A stretch of 64,000 nt of DNA from Eisenibacter elegans DSM 3317 (GTDB taxonomy: Bacteria > Bacteroidota > Bacteroidia > Cytophagales > Microscillaceae). Below are positions 19,368-29,798 of this stretch, piece by piece. The DNA lies in contig NZ_AUMD01000021.1 in NCBI RefSeq assembly GCF_000430505.1, positions 64,001-128,000 of the forward strand, written 5' to 3'. The notes below the pieces were generated by a model, which was not told the origin of the DNA, did not search any database, and saw only the letters and a list, made by a program, of their open reading frames with translations. The position numbers were made by a program, and so were the translations under genes. The first letter of the stretch is position 1, and every line of letters begins with the position of its first letter.

Positions 19368-20897
19368 ATGACAGCTCCTCAACTCCTTATTTTAGACTTT
19401 GGCTCTCAGTACACCCAACTGATAGCCCGCCGTGTACGCGAACTGAATGTTTATTGCGAAATACACCCTTTTAACCAACTGCCGGATTATTGGCGGGAGG
19501 TGAAGGGCATTATCCTGTCGGGAAGCCCCTGTTCAGTAAGGCAGGAAGGTGCTCCGGATATTTTGCCGGAAGTACTCGAAGGGAAAGTGCCGGTGTTGGG
19601 CGTATGTTATGGGGCGCAGTTGATAGCCAAAAAGCTAGGAGGCACGGTAGCGCCTTCGGAGCACCGCGAGTATGGCCGTGCCAAGCTGCATTTGGCTGCA
19701 ACGAGTCCGTTGTTTGAGGGCTTGGCTATGCCAACACAGGTTTGGATGAGCCATAGCGATACCATTACTGCCCTGCCTGAAAATATCGAGCGTCTTGCTG
19801 GCACAGAAAGCATTGCCAATGGCGCGTATGCGCTCAAAGACAGACCGGTGTATGGCATTCAGTTTCACCCCGAAGTAACCCATACTACAGAAGGCTTGCA
19901 GCTTTTGCGCAACTTTGTCATTGGGATTTGTGGCTGCGAGCCCAACTGGACACCAGCCTCGTTTGTAGAAGAAACTGTAGCCCAACTGCGCCAACAACTG
20001 GGGAGTGACAAAGTAGTGTTGGGGCTTTCAGGCGGGGTTGATTCGTCGGTGGCGGCGATGTTGCTACATCAGGCCATTGGCCAAAACCTGTACTGTGTGT
20101 TTGTAGATAACGGCCTGCTGCGCAAAGATGAGTTTGATCAAGTAGTGGCCTCTTACCAAAATCTCGGCCTCAACCTCATCGCTGTCGATGCCAAAGAAGA
20201 ATTTTATACAGCCCTCAAAGGGCTTTCTGACCCAGAGGCCAAGCGCAAAGCCATCGGCAAGACTTTCATTGATGTCTTTCAGGATGAAGCCAATTTGCTG
20301 CCCGATATCAAGTGGTTGGGGCAAGGGACAATCTACCCTGACGTGATTGAGTCGGTGTCGGTCAATGGCCCTTCGGTTACCATCAAATCACACCACAACG
20401 TAGGTGGGCTGCCCGAAAAGATGAAGCTCAAGATTGTAGAGCCGCTGCGAATGTTGTTCAAGGATGAAGTGCGCAGAGTGGGCAAAGCATTGGGCTTGCC
20501 TGATTTTATCCTCAATCGCCACCCCTTCCCGGGGCCGGGCTTGGCTATCCGTATTTTGGGAGACATCACCCCCGACAAAGTCCGTATTTTACAAGATGCC
20601 GACGCGATTTATATCAACCACCTGCGCCAAAGCGGATGGTATGACCAAATCTGGCAGGCAGGGGCTATCTTGCTCAACGCACACAGCGTGGGTGTAATGG
20701 GCGATGAGCGTACCTATGAACAGGTAGTCGCTTTGCGCGCCGTTACTAGCCAAGACGGAATGACTGCCGACTGGGTGCATATCCCTTATGAGCTGCTCGC
20801 GCAGATTTCCAATGATATCATCAACCGTGTGAAGGGAGTCAACCGTGTCGTATATGATATCTCCTCCAAACCACCAGCCACTATCGAGTGGGAATAA
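19368..20897 (+). CDS. guaA: GMP synthase (glutamine-hydrolysing).
   Basis: It has an N-terminal class I GATase, the ATP-PPase motif SGGVDSSV, and a C-terminal dimerisation domain. Length is 509 aa. Confidence 0.95.
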   Translation: MTAPQLLILDFGSQYTQLIARRVRELNVYCEIHPFNQLPDYWREVKGIILSGSPCSVRQEGAPDILPEVLEGKVPVLGVCYGAQLIAKKLGGTVAPSEHREYGRAKLHLAATSPLFEGLAMPTQVWMSHSDTITALPENIERLAGTESIANGAYALKDRPVYGIQFHPEVTHTTEGLQLLRNFVIGICGCEPNWTPASFVEETVAQLRQQLGSDKVVLGLSGGVDSSVAAMLLHQAIGQNLYCVFVDNGLLRKDEFDQVVASYQNLGLNLIAVDAKEEFYTALKGLSDPEAKRKAIGKTFIDVFQDEANLLPDIKWLGQGTIYPDVIESVSVNGPSVTIKSHHNVGGLPEKMKLKIVEPLRMLFKDEVRRVGKALGLPDFILNRHPFPGPGLAIRILGDITPDKVRILQDADAIYINHLRQSGWYDQIWQAGAILLNAHSVGVMGDERTYEQVVALRAVTSQDGMTADWVHIPYELLAQISNDIINRVKGVNRVVYDISSKPPATIEWE

Positions 20898-20920
20898 GCA
20901 AGCCCTACAGCCTAAATACG

Positions 20921-20960
20921 CTCCCCTGTTGTTGAACCATCAATAGCAGGGGAGTTTTGC
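20921..20960 (+). terminator. Rho-independent terminator after guaA.
   Basis: The hairpin is ctcccctg (ttgttgaaccatcaatag) caggggag followed by tttt. Confidence 0.6.
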
Positions 20961-21101
20961 TACATCTCCCAATCACTACAGGAAATATTGTTTCTAGAAA
21001 GTAGCACAAAGAGTAGATTTTTTGTATTTTGAACTTTATTTCTGCAACCCTGTTCTTATCACCAATACCACCTAGACCATCCACCTCAAAAGCCTGATTA
21101 T

Positions 21102-21734
21102 ATGGACACACAAGCGCTAGAAAAAGCCCATCAACGTATTGAAGAAGCCCGTCAAAGTGCCTCACACAACCTCAACCTTTCTTGGCTCAAGCTAGATAGC
21201 CTACCAGAAGCGCTTTTTGCCCTTACTCAGCTCGAAGTGCTCGACTTGAGCCACAATCACCTGACAACATTGCCCGAAAACTTGGGGCTGTTGACCAACT
21301 TGCATACCCTTATCTTAAACGCCAATGCGTTAGAGCACTTACCCGAAAGCTTGGGCAAATGTACACAACTAAAGGTATTGAGATTGGGAGAAAATCAGCT
21401 CAGGGGTATTCCGGCAGCCATCTTTCAACTAACCTTGCTCGAAGAGCTACACCTCAACGAAAATGAACTCGCACAATTGGGGGAAGATATCCAGCTGCTT
21501 CAAAAGCTGCGGATCTTAGACTTGAGCTACAACAATATAGAAGAAATTCCGGAAGCAATAGCCAAACTTCAAAAACTCCAAGAGCTGTACTTGAGTTGGA
21601 ATGACCTCGAAGAGATTCCAGAAGCGTTAGCCCTAATTCCACAACTCCAACTATTGGATTTGTACGAAAACCAAATTGACCACATACCCGAAAGCCTCGA
21701 AAGCAAGGATGGCCTAAAGATTATTATGGAGTAA
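21102..21734 (+). CDS. Leucine-rich repeat (LRR) protein with no signal peptide and no other domain.
   Basis: It contains about eight tandem 23-residue LxxLxLxxNxLxxLPxxL repeats (LEVLDLSHNHLTTLPENLGLLTNL, ...). Confidence 0.8.
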   Translation: MDTQALEKAHQRIEEARQSASHNLNLSWLKLDSLPEALFALTQLEVLDLSHNHLTTLPENLGLLTNLHTLILNANALEHLPESLGKCTQLKVLRLGENQLRGIPAAIFQLTLLEELHLNENELAQLGEDIQLLQKLRILDLSYNNIEEIPEAIAKLQKLQELYLSWNDLEEIPEALALIPQLQLLDLYENQIDHIPESLESKDGLKIIME

Positions 21735-21735
21735 A

Positions 21736-21839
21736 TTACACCAAGATTTACAAGATTTGACAATTGACAGGCTTTGATTTTCTTGATTCTCAAGGACTCT
21801 AGGCGCACATATTTCCCAAACCAGTTTTGGTTGGGTATA
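21736..21839 (-). repeat. Family-A intergenic repeat, full copy in reverse orientation.
   Basis: The sequence is ttacaccaagatttacaagatttg...gattttcttgattctcaaggactct...atttcccaaaccagttttggttgggtata. It starts 2 bp after the LRR gene stop. Confidence 0.7.
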
Positions 21840-21929
21840 GTAATGCTCAATTGTTAGCTGTGCTAAGTAGTTGACTATTAATTTCTTGAAAATAAGAATA
21901 AGGGAGGTTGTTTTTTGCATTCTCCCTAA

Positions 21930-22793
21930 CTATCGCAAGCGCCTGAAGTTGCGGTACTCCCCAATACGCCACCCCGTAAGGCGTTCAATCCACATCAGAA
22001 ACCAAACACGTAATGTATAGTTTTTTTTGCTAATATCATGGGTAAAATCCCAGTCAGCCTGTTGAATATATTTTTGCATTACTACTGGATGAGATTCAGT
22101 AAAAAGTTTTAAAGAGTCAATGTGACTATAATCAAAAGCTTGGTTCTGAGATGTGTATTCAGAGCTGTTATATAGACGATGAAAGGCATGTTGTTTTGCT
22201 TGTTGTTTCTGAGGCTCACGAACCCAACCATAGTGATAAATGAAAGCATTACTGTGTCGAACACGTAGTTTCTGATTACGACCTTTTCTGAACCCTTGCG
22301 CATCTCTATAAGCATAAATACCGCGCCCGGGGCGTATCACACGCACCTCATGACGATACCATTGTCTAGAGTCTGCAATGTATTTATAAGAACCATAGAA
22401 ATGTAGGTAATCGAAGAGTAACCCATCAACCTCTGGCGCATCTTTATAGCGTAACATAGTGTTTAACAAATTCTTGTGATATTTTTCAGGCAGTACCTCA
22501 TCTGCTTGGATGTATATAGCCCAATCAGTATCTTTGGGAACAAGAGCCAATGCTTTGTCTGTTTCTTGTGCCAGTACCTGCCCTCCTTTACGCAGAGAGT
22601 CATCCCAAACAGAATGGTATATTTCGATTTTATCCGAGGCTATATGTTCTAGCAAAATATTTGTGTCATCCTCAGAATTACCTGCTAAGACAATCACTTT
22701 ATCACAAAGTGGAAGAATTGACCGAATAGCAGCATCAATTGGATATCCTAGTTTTACGGCATTACGCACAAAAGTAAATCCAACAACATTCAT
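21930..22793 (-). CDS. Glycosyltransferase (GT2-like).
   Basis: This 287-aa protein has the N-terminus MNVVGFTFVRNAVKLGYPIDAAIRSILPLCDKVIVLAGNSEDDT, typical of a widespread GT2-like family. No TM segment is present. Confidence 0.5.
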   Translation of the reverse strand: MNVVGFTFVRNAVKLGYPIDAAIRSILPLCDKVIVLAGNSEDDTNILLEHIASDKIEIYHSVWDDSLRKGGQVLAQETDKALALVPKDTDWAIYIQADEVLPEKYHKNLLNTMLRYKDAPEVDGLLFDYLHFYGSYKYIADSRQWYRHEVRVIRPGRGIYAYRDAQGFRKGRNQKLRVRHSNAFIYHYGWVREPQKQQAKQHAFHRLYNSSEYTSQNQAFDYSHIDSLKLFTESHPVVMQKYIQQADWDFTHDISKKNYTLRVWFLMWIERLTGWRIGEYRNFRRLR

Positions 22794-23415
22794 ATAGATT
22801 TTGGTGTTTTGTAACGAATTAAACTTACTACAATGACGGGTTTTACAATAAGAACTTGTGAACAGATTACGACATATTTGTGGTAAAGATACGGAAAAAT
22901 ATAAAAATTATCATCTCCACTGTAGATACATCAAGGGTTTAGCACTCAAATAATTGATGTGTTGTGAGCTAGTTATCAATGTATTGATATCGTGTATGTT
23001 ATTTTATGTCAATTACCCCCCCAAGCAGAAGATACAAGGATTTGTAAAAAACACATAAATAACATAAATAGCTGAAGATTCTATTTCAGCTGTGATTTAG
23101 CATATAGCGCTATTTCGATACTTAATGGGTATGTCGTCTCAGTAAACAAGCTTAAGACGACCTTCGCAGTTGTTGAAAATCCTCATCAACAATGTTTTGT
23201 TGAGCAATGTTATGGTTGGATGTTTTTTCTTTTTGGCATGGTGTCAAAAACCAAAACAAGTAAGTTATATTGGATTAGTTTTGAGGTTTTGATTTCCATT
23301 AGCCACATAAAATCGGTATCTTGCCTTCCAAACAAAGGCGCGCTTTGGGGGGTTATACGCAAAGTCATTGGGCACAACTCCCCGCTGCTGAGAATGCTAA
23401 AACCCCGACACCCTG

Positions 23416-24243
23416 ATGAACAACAACGAAATCAAGGCACTCGTATCGTTGTTAGAAGACGACGATTTTGAAATACGCAGCCACGTAGAGCAGAAGATTA
23501 TGGCGATGGGCGAAGTGATGATTCCCTTCCTCGAAACAGAGTGGGAGAGCAATTTCAACGCCAATGTGCAGAAACGTATCGAAGACCTGTTACACAATCT
23601 ACAGTTTAACCTACTGAAAACCAGGCTGCGCGAATGGCTCGACAATGAGAGCGACGACCTGCTCAAGGGGATATGGCTAGTGGCGACTTACCAGTATCCT
23701 GATTTGCCCCTAGCACGCATACGGAAGGAGGTCGAAAAAATCTACTATGAAGTGTGGATGAGCCACCGTACGTATGCCAGCCCCTTCGACCAAATCAAGA
23801 ACCTCAACAATGTGTTTTTTGGCAAATTCAACTTTGTAGCCAATACCCAAAACTATCACGCTCCTTCCAACTCAATGATAAACAATGTGTTGGAGGCGCG
23901 CAGGGGCAACCCAATCTCACTCTGTACGGTGTATATGTTGGTGGCCAATCAGCTGCGGATGCCAGTGTATGGGGTCAATCTGCCCAACCTCTTTGTGTTG
24001 ACTTACAAATCGCCCGACACCCAGTTTTATATCAATGTCTTCAACAAGGGGATTGTATTTGCCAAGGCTGACATAGATCAGTATGTGGCGCAGCTCAACC
24101 TAGCGCCATCAGATACTTTTTATGAACCTTGCACTCACATCGACATCATCCGTCGGGTGTTGCGCAACCTTAGTATCTCGTTTGAGAAGCTCGGCGAAGC
24201 CCACCGCGTAGACGAAATCAGGCAGTTGTTAGACATCTTTTAG
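23416..24243 (+). CDS. Transglutaminase-like superfamily protein (SirB1/YchA-like).
   Basis: This 275-aa protein has GNPISLCTVYMLVANQLRMPVYGVNLPNLFVL, matching the transglutaminase-like core of SirB1-type proteins. Confidence 0.5.
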   Translation: MNNNEIKALVSLLEDDDFEIRSHVEQKIMAMGEVMIPFLETEWESNFNANVQKRIEDLLHNLQFNLLKTRLREWLDNESDDLLKGIWLVATYQYPDLPLARIRKEVEKIYYEVWMSHRTYASPFDQIKNLNNVFFGKFNFVANTQNYHAPSNSMINNVLEARRGNPISLCTVYMLVANQLRMPVYGVNLPNLFVLTYKSPDTQFYINVFNKGIVFAKADIDQYVAQLNLAPSDTFYEPCTHIDIIRRVLRNLSISFEKLGEAHRVDEIRQLLDIF

Positions 24244-24253
24244 CGTTGGTAGT

Positions 24254-24550
24254 TTACAAAAACAAAAACCCCGCCTGTCCGTCTTGTTCTTGGTAGTCTA
24301 GGGTTTTGCCAGCTAGGTGTAAGGCAGCAGTTTTTTGGAGCATTACCCTCAGGCCGTCCAATTCGAATACCAAGTCCTGCTCCTTGGGTCGGTCAAAGCC
24401 CAGTCCTAACTCGGGCGCACATCCGCTGTGGCTATTAGCAGTCAGGCGCAGTCCGTAGCTAGAGTCAAGTTGCTTTTGAGCCATCAGCAGATGTACTTGA
24501 GCAATGGCCGAGGGGGTGAGCTGTACGAGCGAAATGTTTGTGTGAGACAT
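24254..24550 (-). CDS. HesB/IscA-like Fe-S assembly family protein lacking the C-terminal CGCG motif.
   Basis: It has an IscA-like N-terminus (ISLV.LTPSAIAQV, LRL....GC) but ends in QAGFLFL with no Cys pair. Confidence 0.45.
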   Translation of the reverse strand: MSHTNISLVQLTPSAIAQVHLLMAQKQLDSSYGLRLTANSHSGCAPELGLGFDRPKEQDLVFELDGLRVMLQKTAALHLAGKTLDYQEQDGQAGFLFL

Positions 24551-24633
24551 CAGAAAACCAATTTTTTTATTACCTTTGAATTTGCAAAAATACAGCAACT
24601 ACGCTTCAGACACGACCCAATAGCCATAAAACG

Positions 24634-25260
24634 ATGGAATTTCTCTTAGAACTCCTCAAAATAACCCTGCCAGCCGCCTTGGTGCTCTATGCGATGTACT
24701 TGACGGTCAAATCTTTTATCCAACAAGAGCTAGAAAAAACCCAGACCGAGCTACGCCTTAAACAAACCGAACTCTTGCTCAAAAGCAATGATACGCTTTT
24801 GGCAACACGCTTGCAAGCTTATGAGCGGATGGCCCTGTTTTTGGAGCGTATTTCGCCTTCACAGCTCATCCCCCGCATCAACCAGCCAGGCCTTACTGCC
24901 GGCGCTTTGCAGTATTTGCTCAACCAAGAAATCAGAGCCGAATTTGCCCACAACCTCTCCCAGCAAGTCTATATGAGCAGTGAAGTGTGGCTGCTGATTA
25001 AGAAGGGGATGGAAGAAATTATCTTCTTAATCAATAACTCTATGAATGGTGTAGACGAAGAGGCAGACTCCTTGGTGTTGGCCAAACGTATATTTGAAAA
25101 CACCAGCCAGCTAGGGGTATACCCTACGCAAGAAGCGCTTGAAGCCCTGAAAGAAGAGTTACGTCAATACTACATTCCTGCCGCTACCCGCACCTCTGCC
25201 AACGGTGTTCACCAACCCGGAGAAACGCCTTCTCCGCAGGAGGCCGTAGCCAAGGCCTAG
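24634..25260 (+). CDS. Hypothetical N-terminally membrane-anchored protein.
   Basis: This 208-aa protein has an N-terminal TM helix followed by a coiled coil. Confidence 0.4.
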   Translation: MEFLLELLKITLPAALVLYAMYLTVKSFIQQELEKTQTELRLKQTELLLKSNDTLLATRLQAYERMALFLERISPSQLIPRINQPGLTAGALQYLLNQEIRAEFAHNLSQQVYMSSEVWLLIKKGMEEIIFLINNSMNGVDEEADSLVLAKRIFENTSQLGVYPTQEALEALKEELRQYYIPAATRTSANGVHQPGETPSPQEAVAKA

Positions 25261-25297
25261 TGGTTTATACAATCCATTTTTTTGATACCCTCTCTTT

Positions 25298-26815
25298 ATG
25301 AGCAGCGAAAAAGTAGGCTGTACCGGCGGCCTCCAAATACTCCTGTCGATGTTGGCCTTGCTTTTGGCAGCTTGGCTTTGGATTCCTAACGACTTCAACT
25401 TCGGTAGGTTTTCGACATATATCAACAAATACATCCGACAAAGCCCCACCCAAGTTTGGGGCAGTGCCATTCTACTACCGCCCTCTACCCAACGCAATGG
25501 AGAGCGGGAGATACTCTTGTTGCATTCCCAAGTAACGGCATCGCCTGTAACAGAGGTGATTAAGAAGGTCTACCAAACCCCTGATGATGGCCTACTGCCT
25601 ATTTTGTTGACCCACAAAAAGGCCGCGCAATACGAGATTGCTTGGCAAGAGCCATTGCGATACGCCAATGTACATCAGTTGGCAGGTTTGAGGGTGGCAG
25701 GCAGTGCCGATGCCTTGTTTATTATTGCTGACCGTAAGCTCCAATCGATTCGCCGCACAGATGGCTCTCAAGTGTGGGAGCTGAACCTGAGCCAAAGCAT
25801 TGACCCTGCTTGCACGCAGTGTTTTACCTTGGAGCGCGAGACGCTTTTTGTTCTTACGCAAGATGGCGCACTCAAGGCCTTCAATATCAATACAGGGCAA
25901 GTCCAATGGCAGCAGCAAATTCAGCATACCCCTGCCGCCAAACAAGGGTTTGAGCTAGTCAAAAACACCCTTGCTTTTCAGGACATACGCGAGGGCAAGA
26001 CCACCGTCTTCTTTCACTATATTGGCGATGGCAGCCTAGCCCGTGCCATTACTCCGGCTTTGCCCAAAGGCAAGGCGGCTACCCTGTATCAATGGCTTTT
26101 TGACCCTTTCAAAGATTTTGTCTATCTTATTGATAGTCAAGATGAGATACAAGAAATTTCTTGCTGGCGCATCATCGGAACAAAGCAACAGTGGGAGGCT
26201 AAACTGCCGGCTAAAAGCCGTGTGCGTACCTTCCATCGCTACACCTCTGTGTTGGCGGCAGTGGTACAAGAGCGGTTTTTGTATGTGGGTGTAGAGATGG
26301 AAGGCCGTCATGCGCTCCTACGCTTCAATGCACGCAATGGGCAGATGATGCAGTTGGCCGAATCAGATACCTATGGCCTTGTGCCATTACAGGAGGTGAG
26401 CGGGATGTTGTTGGTCAAAGCCCGACATCTCCAAAACGATAGTTATGGCCAACTTTGGTGTTTGAATGTCCAAAATGGTCAACGTATTTGGAACTACGCC
26501 CTTGATGCCAACAACTATGTCCGCGCCAATGCCCCTATCAGCGAGCAACCCGAAGGCTTGAAATGGTCTTTTCAGAGCGTAGGCGGGTTTCTGTATGTCT
26601 TGCAAGAGGGGCCCGAAAAGGGACAGGTCAAGCTCCAGAAGCTGGACTGGCGTAGTGGCCAAGCCCTAAATACCTACACCGGAATGATATCTAGCAATGA
26701 ACAACAAAAAGAATGGCTGGGAGTACTGTGGTTGCCTGACAGGGTGCTGATTACCTTCCAACGCCTCTACTCCCTAGAGCTGGAAGGGGGCAAATGGGAG
26801 GCTTCTTGGCCATAA
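25298..26815 (+). CDS. PQQ-like beta-propeller repeat protein, membrane-anchored.
   Basis: It has an N-terminal TM segment and repeated DGSQVWE, TGQVQWQ and NGQRIWN motifs of PQQ/BamB-like propeller blades. Confidence 0.45.
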   Translation: MSSEKVGCTGGLQILLSMLALLLAAWLWIPNDFNFGRFSTYINKYIRQSPTQVWGSAILLPPSTQRNGEREILLLHSQVTASPVTEVIKKVYQTPDDGLLPILLTHKKAAQYEIAWQEPLRYANVHQLAGLRVAGSADALFIIADRKLQSIRRTDGSQVWELNLSQSIDPACTQCFTLERETLFVLTQDGALKAFNINTGQVQWQQQIQHTPAAKQGFELVKNTLAFQDIREGKTTVFFHYIGDGSLARAITPALPKGKAATLYQWLFDPFKDFVYLIDSQDEIQEISCWRIIGTKQQWEAKLPAKSRVRTFHRYTSVLAAVVQERFLYVGVEMEGRHALLRFNARNGQMMQLAESDTYGLVPLQEVSGMLLVKARHLQNDSYGQLWCLNVQNGQRIWNYALDANNYVRANAPISEQPEGLKWSFQSVGGFLYVLQEGPEKGQVKLQKLDWRSGQALNTYTGMISSNEQQKEWLGVLWLPDRVLITFQRLYSLELEGGKWEASWP

Positions 26816-26825
26816 CATTGGATGA

Positions 26826-26919
26826 TTATACCAAATTTAAGGATTCAAAGTATTTTATTCTCTTGATTATCAAGGAGTTTTAGTAATACATTTCCCAAAC
26901 TAATCTGGATTGGCTATAT
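26826..26919 (-). repeat. Family-A intergenic repeat, full copy in reverse orientation.
   Basis: The sequence is ttataccaaatttaaggattcaaag...attctcttgattatcaaggagtttt...catttcccaaactaatctggattggctatat. It starts 10 bp after the stop of the upstream gene. Confidence 0.65.
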
Positions 26920-27108
26920 TCTTTGGAGCATTCAAAAAAAGCCACGCCATTAATCGGCTCCGTAGGGAGCTCACGCTCAACGCCCTAAAGTGCGATAAAC
27001 ATTGCAACCCGAAGGGATGAGGAATACATATATCACTACTTTGCCCTCTCTGGAAATGGGTAAATTATTTATTGAATAGTCTCTTGAGCAAAAACCCTGC
27101 GACCCAAC

Positions 27109-27783
27109 GTGCAATATTACTACCTGATATATAAACCCTTTTTGGTGCTTTCGCAATTTACTCCTGAAGCCCCCGAAGACCATACCTTGGCCGAGCTAGC
27201 CGATTTCCCTCCTCAAGTTTATCCGGTAGGCCGCCTAGATAAAGACAGTGAGGGACTACTATTGCTCACTAATGACAACTATTTCAAAACAACCCTTCTC
27301 AATCCCAAAAAGCAACATTGGCGCAGCTATTGGGTACAGGTAGAGGGAGTGCCAACCCCTGAGGCTCTCGAACAACTCCGCCAAGGGGTAACAATCAGCG
27401 TACAACAAAAGCCCTATCAAACCCTTCCGGCCAAAGTCCGGCTGCTCGCCCAAGCGCCTCCCGTACCGGAGCGCAATCCTCCTATACGCTTCAGGGCCAA
27501 CATCCCTACGGCTTGGCTCGAAATATCGCTGGTAGAAGGGAAAAACAGGCAAGTTCGCCGGATGACAGCAGCAGTAGGCTTCCCTACACTCAGGTTGGTG
27601 CGCAATGCCATTGAAGACCTGAAACTACAAGATTTTGATTTTAGCCAGACCGCAGTCTACCCCCTTTCACAGGCACAAGCCTATCAGGCTTGTCGTATAG
27701 CGCCCGAAAACAGCACCTATGCAAAGCCCAAAAATACCGGCAAACGACAGTACAAACGGCCTCAAAACAAACCTCGCAAATAA
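27109..27783 (+). CDS. Pseudouridine synthase, RsuA/RluB/RluF family.
   Basis: It carries the catalytic motif YPVGRLDKDSEGLLLLTND and is 224 aa with no S4 domain. Confidence 0.8.
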   Translation: MQYYYLIYKPFLVLSQFTPEAPEDHTLAELADFPPQVYPVGRLDKDSEGLLLLTNDNYFKTTLLNPKKQHWRSYWVQVEGVPTPEALEQLRQGVTISVQQKPYQTLPAKVRLLAQAPPVPERNPPIRFRANIPTAWLEISLVEGKNRQVRRMTAAVGFPTLRLVRNAIEDLKLQDFDFSQTAVYPLSQAQAYQACRIAPENSTYAKPKNTGKRQYKRPQNKPRK

Positions 27784-27814
27784 CCACAACCCTACTTTTG
27801 TGGTTGTACTTTTG
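27782..27814 (+). terminator. Putative rho-independent terminator.
   Basis: A perfect 8-bp stem aaccacaa / ttgtggtt with an 8-nt loop is followed by gtactttt. Confidence 0.5.
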
Positions 27815-27933
27815 ATGAAGCAGGGCTTGTTATACCCAAGGTTTATTTGGCTTGAGGGTTCACTAGTTTTGATTTTCAGACCATATATCTCCCCAGCTGA
27901 TTTTGACCGGATATACCAAACACCTGCCTCTCC

Positions 27934-29058
27934 TTGATGACCAACCCCCAGTCCCCAATGACCCTAACTGCTACCTACCAACCTCATCGCCTCCGGTTTC
28001 GTTTTGCTGCCGGCACTTCACGTGGCATACTACACCACCATCAAGTGTACTACCTACAATTGGCTACGACACAAAACCCCGACTGTGTCGGTGTTGGAGA
28101 GGTTGCGCCCTTGCTTGGCCTCAGCCCCGATGCCCGCCCCGACCTCGAAACAGCCATTCAAGACCTTTGCCAGCGACTGAGGGGCATTAATGCGCCCAAA
28201 AGCATTGACGAGGTATATGTCTTGGCCAAAGAGCTTGTCAATAACGACTGGCCGGCGTTACGCTTTGGGCTAGAGGTGGCCTTGCTCGATTGGCTCAACG
28301 GAGGACAAAGACTGATTTTTGACACACCTTTTGCCCAAGGAAAGGAGGGGTTGCTCACCAATGGCTTGGTGTGGATGAACACCTTGCCCGAAATGTACCA
28401 ACAAGCACAGGACAAAATAGCCCTAGGCTTCGAATGTGTCAAGATGAAAATAGGGGCGCTTGATTTTGAACAAGAGTGTGGGCTTTTGGCTGCCTTACGC
28501 CAAACACATAGCCCGGATCGCCTTACCCTCAGGGTAGATGCCAATGGCGCATTCAGCCCTCAAGAGGCTGAAGCCAAACTACAGCGGTTGGCACAATACC
28601 AACTCCATTCTATCGAACAACCCATTATGGCTGGCCAGTTAGCGGATATGGCCAGACTATGCCGCACAAGCCCTGTGCCCATTGCCCTCGACGAGGAGCT
28701 GATAGTACATCGTACTACAGAAGCCAAACAAAACTTACTGATGCAAGTGCAGCCAGCCTTCATCATCTTGAAGCCTACCCTTGTGGGAGGGCTGGCGCAA
28801 ACGGCAGAATGGATTCAGTTGGCGCAAGCACAAAATATAGGCTGGTGGATTACCTCGGCACTCGAATCAAACATAGGCCTGAATGCTATCGCCCAGTTTT
28901 GTGCAACCTATCAGCCTACGCTACCACAGGGCCTAGGCACTGGAGGGCTGTATCATAATAACCTAGAAGCCCCCCTGAGTTTGCAAAATCAACACCTTTA
29001 TTACAACCCAAACAAAGAATGGCAAAACTTAACGCAGTTGGTTTCGTATAGCAACTAA
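27934..29058 (+). CDS. menC: o-Succinylbenzoate synthase / enolase-superfamily (MR/MLE) enzyme.
   Basis: It has the enolase-superfamily barrel pattern (KMKIG, LRVDANGAF, IEQP, ALDEE) and is 374 aa. Confidence 0.6.
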   Translation: MMTNPQSPMTLTATYQPHRLRFRFAAGTSRGILHHHQVYYLQLATTQNPDCVGVGEVAPLLGLSPDARPDLETAIQDLCQRLRGINAPKSIDEVYVLAKELVNNDWPALRFGLEVALLDWLNGGQRLIFDTPFAQGKEGLLTNGLVWMNTLPEMYQQAQDKIALGFECVKMKIGALDFEQECGLLAALRQTHSPDRLTLRVDANGAFSPQEAEAKLQRLAQYQLHSIEQPIMAGQLADMARLCRTSPVPIALDEELIVHRTTEAKQNLLMQVQPAFIILKPTLVGGLAQTAEWIQLAQAQNIGWWITSALESNIGLNAIAQFCATYQPTLPQGLGTGGLYHNNLEAPLSLQNQHLYYNPNKEWQNLTQLVSYSN

Positions 29059-29077
29059 AATACCAATCGCGAGAAGA

Positions 29078-29386
29078 ATGGAACAACTACAATTAGCCGC
29101 CCACTGGATAGACAATCACTTTGTGGCTGAAGAAACCGGAATGCCTATCGCTTGTCGTTCTATCCAATCAATAGATGAGCTGCGCGATAGCCTGCGCGCT
29201 ATCATCCTAAAGCTAATGCACACAGACTTTGACAGGTTGCTACAAGCAGCCTACCGCATAGATATCGAAGAATGTGCTTTTGTCAATGCCTTGGCTGCGC
29301 AAGATGCAGATTTGATTACGGAGTTGGTGATTGAGCGGACACTTCAGAAGGTAAAATACAGGCAACAATACCGCTCACAAGCCTAA
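29078..29386 (+). CDS. Hypothetical protein.
   Basis: It is a 102-aa ORF lying 20 bp after menC in the same orientation. Confidence 0.35.
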   Translation: MEQLQLAAHWIDNHFVAEETGMPIACRSIQSIDELRDSLRAIILKLMHTDFDRLLQAAYRIDIEECAFVNALAAQDADLITELVIERTLQKVKYRQQYRSQA

Positions 29387-29798
29387 TCATTGAGATGGAG
29401 AAGGGTAGGGGGCAAAGGCGAAGGGGGCTAACACTTCTTTCGCCGCTTTTGTATGGGGCAACTTTCTTTACGTTCGTGTACAAACATCATAAACACATCC
29501 CAACACATTAATGGAGACTGACAAGTAACAGTCTCTTTCTCATTAGATTTGCGGGCTACCGCTTGGGCTACTTTATCTTTGGTTTTTCGGCTCATAAGGC
29601 AATCAGGGGCAAGCGGAAGAATCGGATAATCATCAGCCAAAAGGCTTTTGAACACTAGGGCAACATCACTGCTAGCTATTGCTCACGCTTTCGGAGAGCA
29701 AGTTACTACAATTAGTCCATATGAGTAGAACCAATTGCCAAAGTTTTTTGTTTCACCGTTTTTTTGTTTTTTGGGAAAAATGCCCCTGATTTAGCTTG

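Noticed and set aside
29428-29655. A 75-aa minus-strand ORF in the 410-bp spacer between the hypothetical gene at 29078 and proC.
   Set aside because: No recognisable domain is present, and it overlaps two plus-strand terminator-like hairpins (29416-29452 and 29511-29536). It cannot be supported as a gene from sequence alone.
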